DNA from: Octopus vulgaris
Lineage: Eukaryota
DNA length: 64,000 bases
Assembly: GCA_951406725.2 (NCBI GenBank)
Contig: OX597822.1
Location: 63,488,001 to 63,552,000, forward strand
Direction of reading: 5' to 3'
The position numbers and the translations under genes were made by a program. This document shows, one piece after another, positions 12,639 to 24,039 of the stretch (position 1 is its first letter; each line of letters opens with the position of its first letter). Under the pieces are notes generated by a model. It saw nothing but the letters and a program-made list of their open reading frames with translations, was not told the DNA's origin and made no database searches.

Positions 12639-12897
12639 TACATTATTTACATTTGATGGATATTTGTCCTCATCTTGTTTGTTGTTAACACAATGTTTCG
12701 GCTGATATACCCTCCAGCCTTCATCAGGTTTCATCATTTTTTCAATGTTATTATTATTATTATTCAGGTCACTACCTGGAATTGAACTCGAATCTTGGGG
12801 TTAGTAACCTGCGCTCTTAACCACTACGCCATATGCCTGTCAAATGTAAAAAATGTAAATAATGTACATAATTCCTCATCTCTTAAATATAGAACTG
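12639..12897 (-). mobile_element. tRNA-headed, hammerhead-containing short element with inverted terminal segment (Penelope/retrozyme-like)
   Basis: Minus strand: tRNA-like head 12837-12767 (A box tggcgtagtgg, B box gagttcaattcc), (TAA)n, hammerhead, then tail tcaaatgtaaataatgta. The same tail recurs inverted at 12840 onward. Confidence 0.75.
12687..12732 (-). ncRNA. Minimal type I hammerhead ribozyme motif
   Basis: gaaac-CTGATGA-a-GGCTG-gagggtatat-CAGCC-GAAA-ca-TT-gtgtt. The core boxes and the 5-bp stem II are perfect. Stem III catt is probably CpG-decayed cgtt. Confidence 0.72.
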
Positions 12898-13119
12898 AAT
12901 TTTTCTTAACTCTTTAATTACCTATATCAGATTTTTAAGTTTCAAACATAATGACATTGTTACTGAAATATGAAATTAATGAATATAGAATACAATTATG
13001 TTTATTAAAACTAATGAAATATTTTTTGCATACCATAATAGGTAGGGGAGCTCTGAAAAAGGTCTCAGGGAGTAGTGTCCCTGTCTTCTTGAGCTAGTTT
13101 TCCATCACATTTCTTAAAA

Positions 13120-13375
13120 GTCATGGTAGAGGCCTTGGTCTTGGGCACTCCTGTCTAGAAACTGAGGTTGGGGGTAAGCAAGGGCATGCTCCCTGTAGAA
13201 AATCCAGCTCCAAAAAGGCCTCATGATAGCAAAGGATGATGAGCACCAGATAGCCTAAAGGTTGGGGTGGGCTGCACCTGCTTACCTCAGTTGCTATGGC
13301 ATTGAGGTAGATCCGGCCACCCCCATTAATGGGGACAAAACCTGGATTTAAAACATTGGATGATGATGATGATGA
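13120..13375 (+). mobile_element. Retroposon 3' end with (GAT)n tail (RTE-like) and GC-rich hairpin
   Basis: aagggcatgctccctgtagaaa resembles the RTE tails elsewhere. Hairpin at 13264-13323 and a gatgatgatgat terminus. Confidence 0.55.
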
Positions 13376-13726
13376 ATAGAAATGAATTAAAAGTTGTTTG
13401 GTATGTGTCACAGAGCCTTTTTTTTTTGTGCTTGCTCCCTTTAACTTTAGAACTTGGCTATGCCACTGTATGGGAGGTGGTTGTCCTTTTTGTATTGGGA
13501 TAAAGCTCAAATCCTAAAAGGTCCATGGTGTAGAACTGTATTTCCTCTCAAGGCAGATGGATGCCAAAGGAAGAAGACACTGAGCTAAATATTGTCTTTT
13601 CTATACCACATATCAGATGTTTGATGTCCACTCCATCAAATATGCTAATATTGACTTGACTACAAATTTACGACCTTGTGACTTGACTTGACAGGTGAGT
13701 ATAATTAACAGCTGTTGTAATATAAC

Positions 13727-14128
13727 TCTTTTACTTGTTTCAGTCATTTGACAGCGGCCATGCTGGAGCACTGCCTTTAGTTGAGCAAATCGACCCCAGG
13801 ACTTATTCTTTGTAAGCCTAGTACTTATTCTATCAGTCTCTTTTGCCGAACTGCTAAAATACGGGGATGTAAACACACCAGCATCGGTTGTCAAGCGATG
13901 TTGGGGGGGGGGGGACAAACACAGACACACAAACATATATATATATACACAGACACATATATGACAGGCTTCTTTCAGTTTCCATCTACCAAATCCACTC
14001 ACAAGGCTTTGGTCGGCCCAAGGCTATAGTAAGAAGACACTTACCCAAGGTGTCACACAGTGGGAATGAACCCAGAACCATGTGGTTGGTAAGCAAGCTA
14101 CTTACCACATAGCCACTCTTGTGCCTAG
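13727..14128 (-). mobile_element. SINE family A, full length
   Basis: Complete tail-to-head match to the other family A copies. Confidence 0.9.
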
Positions 14129-14208
14129 TTGCATAATAATTTGCCTCAAAAATTGCAATTACATTTATTCATTAGAAATCAATTTCTATAAAGTTTAAAT
14201 AGTGTAAA

Positions 14209-15025
14209 TCAGTGGCTCTCAACCGGAGTCCATAAGGCCCTTGAGGGTCCATATAAGATTTTGTTGTTAAAATTTAGCTGCAAAAAATTGGTTAAAATTC
14301 TACAATATACAAAATATTTTACCAATTTTTTAAAAGCTTGAGAAGACTTGGCAAGCCAAGTGAGACCATAACCTCGTGGCCTATGCCAGGGGTGTAACCA
14401 GCCCACTTATGTGTACCTTTCCTTCATTGGACACTAAACTGTGCTTGCGAAGACCTGTTGAGACAAGTAAAATCGAAATCAAGTTCGATGACTGGCATCT
14501 GTGCTAGTGGAGTGCTAAGAGTACCATCTGAGTGTGATCGTTGCCAGAGCAACAAACTGGCTTCCATGTCAGTGGCACATAAAAAGCACCATTCGAACGT
14601 GATCGTTACCTGTGTTGCCTTACTGGCTCTTGTGCTGGTGGCACATGAAAAAACATTTGAGCGAGGTCGTTGCCAGTGTTGCTAGGCTGGCTCCTGTGCA
14701 GGTGGCACATAAAAAGCACCATTTGAGTATGGCTGTTGCCAGTACCGCCTAACTGACCCTCGTGCAGGTGGCATGTAAAAGCACCCACTACACTCTCGGA
14801 GTGGTTGGCATTAGGAAGGGCATCAAGCTGTAGAAACTCTGCCAGATCAGATTGGTGCCTCGTGCAACCATCTGGTTCACCAGTCCTCAATCAAATCGTC
14901 TAACCCATGCTAGCATGGAAAGCGGATGTTGATGTTGATGATGCTTTTAAACATTGAATGGCTTGGAGGGTCCATCTGAGTAAAATAGGAATCAAAGGGG
15001 TCCATAGATAAAAAAATGGTTGAGG
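14209..15025. mobile_element. hAT-like MITE interrupted by an RTE 3' UTR insertion (about 14340-14943, +)
   Basis: cagtggctctcaac ... ggttgagg ends, with gggtcc subterminal motifs shared with 29318-29880. The insert ends in gatgttgatgatg. Confidence 0.65.
14520..14790 (+). repeat. About 4.5 tandem ~64-bp units in an RTE 3' UTR
   Basis: Approximate unit gcaccattYgagcgtgatcgttgccag...ctggctcctgtgcaggtggcacataaaaa. Related units lie on the - strand at 57100-57190 and 57580-57720. Confidence 0.8.
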
Positions 15026-15484
15026 GACAAGAAAACCCTATTGAGCTTAAGTATTATTATATCACTTACTTGCTTCAGTTATAAGACTGCAGCCATGTTA
15101 GGGCACAGCCTTTCAGGGTTTAGTCATATAAATTGACCCCAGTATTTTTCTCCTAAGCCTGGTGCTTATTCTATCAGTCTCTTTTTGCTGAACTGTTCGG
15201 TCATGGGGATGTAAACGAACCAACACCGATCAAGTAGTGGTAGAGAATAAAGACACACACACATACATATAATGGATTTCTTTTAGTTTCCATTTACCAA
15301 ATCCACTCATAAGGCTTTGGTCAACTTGGGGCTATAGTAGATGTTTGATGATGGTGCTATGCAGTGGGACTGAACCCGGAACCATGTGGTTGGGAAGCAA
15401 ACTTAGTATTATTGTATATATTATTATATAATAATAGAGACTGATAGAATAAGCACCAAAAGTACAAGGGTCAGTTTGTTTGAC

Positions 15485-16040
15485 AGCTTGTTTACGAACC
15501 ACATGGTCCCGGGTTCAGTCCCACTGCATGGCACTTTGGGTAAGTGTCTTCTACTATAGCTTCGGGCCGACCAAAGCCTTGTGAGTGGATTTGGTAGATG
15601 GAAACTGAAAGAAGTCTGTTGTATATGTGTATATGTGACCGTGTGTGTATCGTTGGCGATTTTTTTTCCTCTATCTTCCCTTCTCCTATGTTTCCGACGA
15701 AGAGCTCTGCTCGAAACGTTAAACCCTCCTTTCCTGAGCATCCAATAATACTATATTTGTTCCATGTCCTCGCATTGTTGTGTTTTTTTGTGCTTTCATG
15801 TTTGAATTAACTATATATATATATATGTGTGTGTATAAGTTTGTGTCTGTGTTTGTCTCCCCAACATCGCTTGACAACCGATGCTGGTGTGTTTACGTCC
15901 GCGTAACTTAGCAGCTCAGCAAAAGAAACCGATAGAATAAGTACTAGGGTTCCAAAGAATAGGTCCTAGGGTTGATTTGCTCGACTAAAGGCAGTGCTCC
16001 AGCATGGCCGCTGTCAAATGACTGAAACAAGTAAAAGATA
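15485..16040 (+). mobile_element. SINE family A with a Penelope-like insert (about 15635-15812) in its internal microsatellite
   Basis: The family A halves are continuous on either side of an extra ~180 bp that is also found at 28220-28405. Confidence 0.85.
15690..15724 (+). ncRNA. Minimal hammerhead-like motif, non-canonical CCGACGA core
   Basis: GTTT-ccgacga-a-GAGC-tct-GCTC-GAAA-cg-TT-AAAC. Stems I and II pair perfectly and stem III is the palindrome aacgtt. Confidence 0.6.
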
Positions 16041-16636
16041 AACGATATAGTGACCCTTAAGTTCAATAGGGTCTTTTCATCCCTCAACCATGTATTATAT
16101 AAATCATTATACTGCACAGAAATGCCAGTTAGTTACAAAATCGACTGATCATCAGACAAAATCCCTAGAGGTATTTTGTAAGATCCTTTTTCATTCAGAG
16201 CTCAGATTCTGTCAGGGTCAGTTTTGGTTTTACCTACTTCTGGGAAGTAGTAGCTGCTTTATACTGAAGATCAATTTAATCTAGTCTGAGATTGCATTCC
16301 TAATAAAATTGCGGCCTTTGTGAGATAAAATCCTTGTGAATGGAGTCGGTAGACAAAAACTGAGAAAGCTTGTTGAGGCCCCAATAAAGCTACTAGGTGT
16401 TACCCAGGCACTAAACTATTAGTCCACTGCATCTTATAGTGGAAACAGCTGCAAGCTAATGAAGTCCATACGATAATTGCTTATCTTTTTGTCATTTCTT
16501 TTTCTTATTGTATAATATACATATGTAGCGCGCGAGAATGAGGATATTTGAACGTAACTGCAGATATAATCGGCTGTGCCATTTGCCTTTGTGTGAAGGT
16601 AGGCGTTTGACTCAGCAAATTATATTTTTTTGATAT

Positions 16637-16712
16637 ACTCTACTGAAGATCTGAAAATGATTATGTAAGTAAAATTACACAATCTATTAACGGTGAAACA
16701 ATTGTATAGAGT
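16637..16712 (+). ncRNA. Type I hammerhead motif with long stem-II insert
   Basis: ACTCTA-CTGAAGA-tctg...cggt-GAAA-caattg-TA-TAGAGT. Perfect 6-bp stem I, palindromic stem III acaattgt, GUA triplet with predicted cut after 16706. Stem II is weak. Confidence 0.62.
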
Positions 16713-16919
16713 TAATCTATTTTTTCGTTATTTTTCATTTGTCCTGCTCGCTTACATTCTTGGCGTGTTGAACTAATTCTTGAGAACAATTCTTTAGTGG
16801 TGGATTCCCTTCGTGGATCTATATCTAGCGTTAGAGTGACAACATGTGGACTCTCTCTCATTACTTGTATGTATGTATGTATGGATGGATGGATGTATGC
16901 ATGTATGAATGTGTACATA

Positions 16920-16953
<34 letters not shown>

Positions 16954-17234
16954 TGTTACTGTCTTCTTGACTTAGCTTCATGTCTAGCTATATTACCTTA
17001 AATGGAAACAGGTGATGGTTGGCGACAGAAAGGGCATCCAGCTGTAAAAATAAATTCATCTCGATGCATTCTGTCTGACCCATGCAAGCATGGAAACTAG
17101 GACGTTAAAATGATCATGATAACGACGACTACATCACACAATGATCACAAAACCACCACACACACACACTATGGTTATATATTTTGTTGCACACACAGGA
17201 ATATAATAGAGATGTAGGAAAATAAATCTGTTCG

Positions 17235-17262
17235 TTTACCCTTCCATATATGGAAGGGTAAA
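17235..17262. repeat. Perfect 28-bp spacerless palindrome
   Basis: tttacccttccata|tatggaagggtaaa. Confidence 0.95.
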
Positions 17263-17454
17263 TGAGGTTGAAGCACCAATTACTTAATTAGGCATTGTTG
17301 ATTTTTGTAAGAAGAGTTAAGAAAATTGCTGAAGAATACAATGCAACTATAGAAGCAAAGAGAGAAAAACTTTAGTTGCTAAGTCATTATACTTAACATG
17401 ACAATTACCACCACCACCATCACCGCTAACAGTAACAATAACCGGAGCCAACAA

Positions 17455-17660
17455 GGAAGCCTGTACGTGGTCATTCGAACGAAAGAAATAGCAACTAATT
17501 CTCCTCTAAATCACCTTCTACATTCTTAGAAAAGGGCACACTGGATAATGTAGCCCTGGGTTTTTAGTATATAGGAAAAAAAAAACGGGATAGCCAAGGC
17601 TGGAATGCCTTTAATTATAGGTCTGCTCGATCAGGAATAACCTAGGGCTGAACAATACCC
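17455..17660 (+). mobile_element. Unclassified old interspersed repeat (gctagaaatagcag...aaatcacacc...gctggaatgcctttgatcataggtctgc family)
   Basis: Related segments at about 1610-1700, 6085-6190, 31960-32060, 33105-33350(-), 35200-35335, 37975-38230 and 58255-58440(-). Confidence 0.6.
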
Positions 17661-17901
17661 ATCTGACATTGTAGTGTACTGATGGTTAGCGAAAAGACAA
17701 TAGTATGTTGGATGAGTGTTTGTGTCTGGGTAACTGTAAAATATTCTAAAAATATCTTCGGTTTAGTTCCAAGTAATTTTGTGTTTTGCATATATCAACT
17801 TTTAAACGTTGGAAGTAAAAAAAATTAAGACGAAAAGAACCGTGTTTACAACAATGATAGAAAATAGATGGATATATTCGTGAAGAAGGAAAAGTGAAAC
17901 A

Positions 17902-17943
<42 letters not shown>

Positions 17944-18763
17944 ATCATTGGTTTTTGTGTATATAAAAGGCGTTGTGCAAGTGCAATGTTATGTAATACA
18001 AACCAAGTCAATGCAGCCAAATCACTGAGAGTATGCTTTGCTCCTGAGGTTTTTTATATATATATATATATGTAAATTCCCATTGAAGGAAGAAGGGTTA
18101 GAGAAAGCTTGTGAATGTGCGTGTGTGAAGTGCGCGCGCGTATGCATATACGAGAGTGAGAGGGGGGCAGAGAGAGAAAAAGAGAGAGAGAGAAAGAGAA
18201 AAATAGAGTTGCAAGCAACGTACGAAGTCATTTGGAATGCAAGCAATAGAAAAATCAGATGTAGAAAGACAGGTGGGGATTTTCGTAGTTATTTCCAGGT
18301 ATTTTTCCATCTCCTTATGTTACCTTATATCGCCTTGCAGCAGGAAAGTAAATCGATTGATCAGCTGTATAAATTATCGATTACAAGAAGGGAGAGGGAG
18401 GTGGAGTTGTATAATAATAATAATAATAATGATAATAATTGAAATACCTCTCATACTCCCTCTGAAAACTACTGTTGTAGTTAAGTACCACCTGTTTTCT
18501 TCTCTCTCTCTCTCTCTCTTTCTCTCCTGCCAGCGACCCCTCCCATATGAGTGTTAGTCGAAATAAATAAACAGACATCTATATATAGACACGTGTATGA
18601 AAAACCTACATGTGCCTAAATGGAAACGGTAAAACGTGTGATATATATATATATATATCTTAGACATACACAAGAATAAAAAAGAAAAGCATATTAAATA
18701 CATATAATTACGCGCAGATATTAATTAGATTGTTAGATAGAGGGGTGCGTGTGTGTATGCCTG

Positions 18764-18813
<50 letters not shown>

Positions 18814-20610
18814 CGATAGAAACTGTTGCATGAGGAGGAATTTCGAGACCAAAAGAACTGTAACAGAAAAAAAAAGTTAATAAAAAATAACGTTAACAAA
18901 TGGTTTTGACATTCGTAGATCAGCTGAAAAAGAAAAGTGGGGTTTGTCTGTGTATATATATATTTATATATATAGACACAATAATATAAAGACAGGAGGA
19001 GAAAGGTTTGTCTGTGGCAAATACATTGAAAAACAAAAAAAAAAAAAGACGGAAGGAGGAAGCTAGAAGCTTTGGCATCACATGATACAGCAGTAGCAGC
19101 AACAATAACAATAACAACGACAGCTCGCCAAATCTTCCAAGAGACACCCTGCTCCACTAGTCATTTAGACAGCAACACAGTGTTTTTGTTTGTTTTTAAG
19201 GCAACTGGAAAGATACAGTACAGAATGACACTTGGCTGGAATATTTATTTCAACACATTTCTCTTTTGAAACGTACACAATCATAGAATATATACATATA
19301 TAACAAAAAATTGAACACTATCGACTGTAAATATTTTTCATGTTTTACCAGAACTATTTTTAAATTTCTATAATAGACCCTAGATAGAGATAATATATAT
19401 CTTCTTTAATTAATCTTATTTAGCAGTATTGCAGTGCTCGTTCCAATGTAAATAGCAAGCGTAAAAGCGTTATGCATTTTTCGTTGGAGGTAGAATAGTA
19501 GATCCTATGGAGCTTTTTATTAGTGCTCAGACTCTCATTATGCAAATGAATTTCTTCTGCCCGGGATTCAGAGTACCGTAGATATAGGAAAACTTGAGAT
19601 AAAATACCTACATTAAGAAGCTATTATTACCATAGCTTCATGTTCCTCTGTCGCCAACTTTTCATTCATCGAGATGGCACTAAGGTATTATTACTCGATT
19701 GTATGATTTCTCACCATCATTGAAGGATATATATACACGGGTATAAGCGTGTTTAAATTTGCTGCTTCTCAGTTAAAAAAAAAAATAATAATGTAAGGAA
19801 TTAATATTTTCCTCATCGCAGTGACGATAGGTGCAAGACAGACATTGACATACTGACGTACGAGGGTGTATATATTAATATCTACCCAGTTAAAATTTAA
19901 GTATAGTGCTCCAATAATTTTTACATATATGCACACTCGTTCATACTAAAGTTTTTTTGTTTTTATTTTAGCATAGGTCTACTTATAACCTAGTGTTTAT
20001 ATACAAAAAAATGTATGAGTGAATATTATTGTTTATATAAACAATATACATATTTTTAAAATATACAACAGTATGTAAACAACATATTCTACGTACATAC
20101 AAGATTATGTATATAATGGTATGGAGAAAAGTGTTTTCGAGGTAGACAGATAAAGTTTTATATGCATAAGTATACGAGCCATAGACTATACGTAACGATA
20201 TATGACTTATATTCTCTACATGTCTACGTTGAGTTGAACTTCCATTAATGTATAAGAAAAATTACACATAAAGTTTTGAATACACCTATGGGTGTATGAC
20301 TAATATTTTCTTTCTTATATACGTGTGATCAGTTTTTCTCTGACACATAGTAGTATAGTGTTTATATAAGTACATAGATCTAGCTCACTACTTAAAAATC
20401 ACCAGTATGTTGTGATATGTAAGTCTAGATTAACCCTCTAAAATTACTTAATCGACATTATATATATATATATATATACTTATATATTCTATGTAAGTTT
20501 ATATAATATATATTAGGTGAACAGTTTGTATACATTAGTATTATTACCTAATAGCAGTCGGCATGACTAGGCAAGAATCTAGTAATTTATTCTAGGAGTA
20601 GGACAAGAGG

Positions 20611-20680
20611 GACGTCACAGCTGATAGCGAGAGAGGTTTGACAGCAGGGGAGTGGAGCTTGACACTTCAGTCTCACTCCA
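20611..20680 (+). promoter_or_regulatory. Candidate core promoter
   Basis: CRE-like gacgtca, E-box cagctg and gata overlap at 20611-20626. An Inr-like TCAGTC lies at 20667-20672. The region is free of transposons and retains CpG. Confidence 0.3.
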
Positions 20681-21582
20681 GCAGTATAACAACAACAACA
20701 TGAGTGTGCTGAGAGTTGACAATAACCAAGCCACAAAAACTATTATTATTTTTACACTGTGAACATTAGTTAATGTGTTTGCGTGTGTTTGTATATCTGT
20801 TTTCTGTAATGTATTCTCTATGTCTATATATGCATGCGTGAATGTTATAAAGTTTTACTGAACGACATTATCTGCTCTTGCCTTTGAAATTATCTTAGTT
20901 TAAGAGTTTTGCTCGTTTCTGTTCTTGCGATTAGTGAGAACGTTCACCCGTCGAGATTATATATATATATATATATATATACTCGGACAACTAGCCCAGA
21001 TCAAGTTAGTATTTCACTTCACTTATACACACTCACAAATACATACACACTCATTCACTTAGGCACACTCACTCACTTATGCTCACTCACATTACATTCG
21101 CTCTCACTCACATACTTACTCATACAGCTACAGTACACCATAGACTCACGGTTGGTGATAGTTTCCCGAATTACTTCTCTCTACCCGATGTTTCATAAGA
21201 CGAACACAGATCGCCTGGATTGTATCGAGGACAAAGAGCCATTCGAACCAATAACCCCTGTGAATGCGGCAAAGAAATAACAAACCATGGACGTGTTTTA
21301 TAGACAGGCATATGGGTGTCCCTCACTCACCCTATTATATACGGACACACAAACAGCTGAGTGTATTATCTACATTCGTACAGACAACTAAGTGTCTCTA
21401 CGAACATACACATATACATAAAAACAGCTGAGTGTTTATATACATACATGCAATCAGCTGAGTGTATATTCCAATAGACAGATGATTGTATATCAGTATA
21501 AAGAAACCGAAGCCAGGAAGAAGGGTGAATTAAGAGACACAGTGTGGTGATAAAGAGAGAGAAGTGAGTTTATTTATTTCAG

Positions 21583-21733
21583 GCAAGAAGACAGAAGGTC
21601 AACTATATACTTCAGCTGCGGGTTCGATGTCTGTCTCTGTGTGAAGTGGACGACCACTACGACAACGACACTCACCCTCTCGCTATACTTTATCTTCTGC
21701 CATCATCGGACGTGGCAATGAAGCCTGAACCAG
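21583..21733 (+). CDS. Candidate exon; possible start ATG at 21718 (MKPEP, phase-1 donor)
   Basis: Acceptor tttatttatttcag|, donor CCAG|gtaggt. Frame 0 is open throughout (ARRQKVNY...SSDVAMKPEP). ATG context gcaATGa. Unique sequence. Confidence 0.45.
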
Positions 21734-22082
21734 GTAGGTAACCTTTTTTCACACATTCCCTTCAATTATACTCTAATCTTTCTCTCTGTCTACTACATTT
21801 CATTCAGTCTCTCTCTCTCTCTTTCTTCTCTCCCTCACTCTCATATACACTTTCATTCTATCTACTCCTCTTTCTCACTCTCACATACACACTCCGTTGT
21901 TATCTGTTCCTCTCCCTTTCTCTGTATTGCTCTCTCTCTCTCTCTCTCTCTTCCTCATTCTTTTTTCCTCTCTCTTTCTCTCTCTCTCTCACAAAATCTC
22001 TCTTTGTTTAGATCTCTTCAGTTTATACTTCTCTCTGCTATAATGTCCAGCATTAAAAACACTCCTTCATTCTAATATTTTC

Positions 22083-23090
<1,008 letters not shown>

Positions 23091-23649
23091 CTTTCTTTCA
23101 TCTATCAGTTTTCTTTATTGAATCGTTTCTTTCCCGTGCTCTCTTCGTCTCTTTCACTGGCATTCACCATTGATTTCTCTCTCTCTCTCTCTCTTCACTT
23201 ACACTCTCTGCCCTCACCCACTCTCTCTGTCTTCACTGTCTTCACACACTGTCTTTCTCTGCTCTCTCACTCACATAGCCTCTCTCTCTCTCTACCGTAA
23301 CAGCTCTCTTTCTTACTCTCCGTCACCAAATAACACCCATAAACGACCATAAACAACAACCATATCAGCAAAGCAAGTGACATAAAATAAACAAAGAAAA
23401 AACCTTAATCAACAACAAACAACACGACCAAGTTTTAACAAGAAACTATTTAAGTATAAATCTTGTCCATGAAAGCATAGTTAAGTTATAGGTAAAGAAA
23501 ACGGATGAGAGCCACAACACGGCGGAAGATTTTTCTAAAATTTTTATTTCTTTTAAAGTTTCGTCTTTCACAAGGTTTAATTCGTGAAAATCTTTATTTC
23601 AGACGTCCTCATATCTGCTTTGATACTGTCAAACCACTCACCAATGAAT

Positions 23650-24000
23650 GTTCGTGTGTGTCTGCGTGTATACATGTTTATATCTGGAATCTTATTATGC
23701 ATACATGTATGATAAACACACACACACACATGTATGTATGTATAACAAAGCGTGCATTGTGAATTTGTCATATACATGTATGTGTGTATGTATTGTGCTT
23801 CTTTCAGATATGGTTTTTTTACAGACGATACACACACACACACACACAACTGTGTGTGCGTATGAGTGTATACGTATGTGTTTGTGTGTGTGTCTTTATG
23901 TATGTGTATATTCGTGTGTGTGTGTGTAGGTCCTTGTGTATGTGTGTATTCGTGTGTGTGTTCGCGTAGTGTGTTTTTGTGTATGTATGTATGTATTCGC

Positions 24001-24039
<39 letters not shown>

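Larger units (their letters stand above)
12546..13468. mobile_element. Old hAT-type non-autonomous element with nested inserts
   Basis: TIRs cagtgacatagctaa / ttggctatgccactg (13/15). Flanks taaggaag / tatgggag (6/8) fit a decayed 8-bp TSD. Confidence 0.6.

Noticed and set aside
12767-12837. tRNA gene (also SINE heads at 33545, 34741, 49855)
   Set aside because: A and B boxes are present but there is no complete cloverleaf or acceptor stem, and each continues into a repeat body.
13283-13323. let-7-like hairpin (tgaggtag)
   Set aside because: Only the 8-nt seed matches, it lies on the 3' arm, and it is inside a retroposon tail.
14520-14790. CRISPR-like regularly spaced repeats (also 60159-60608)
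   Set aside because: Whole units are homologous with no unique spacers. Eukaryotic retroelement context and no cas genes.
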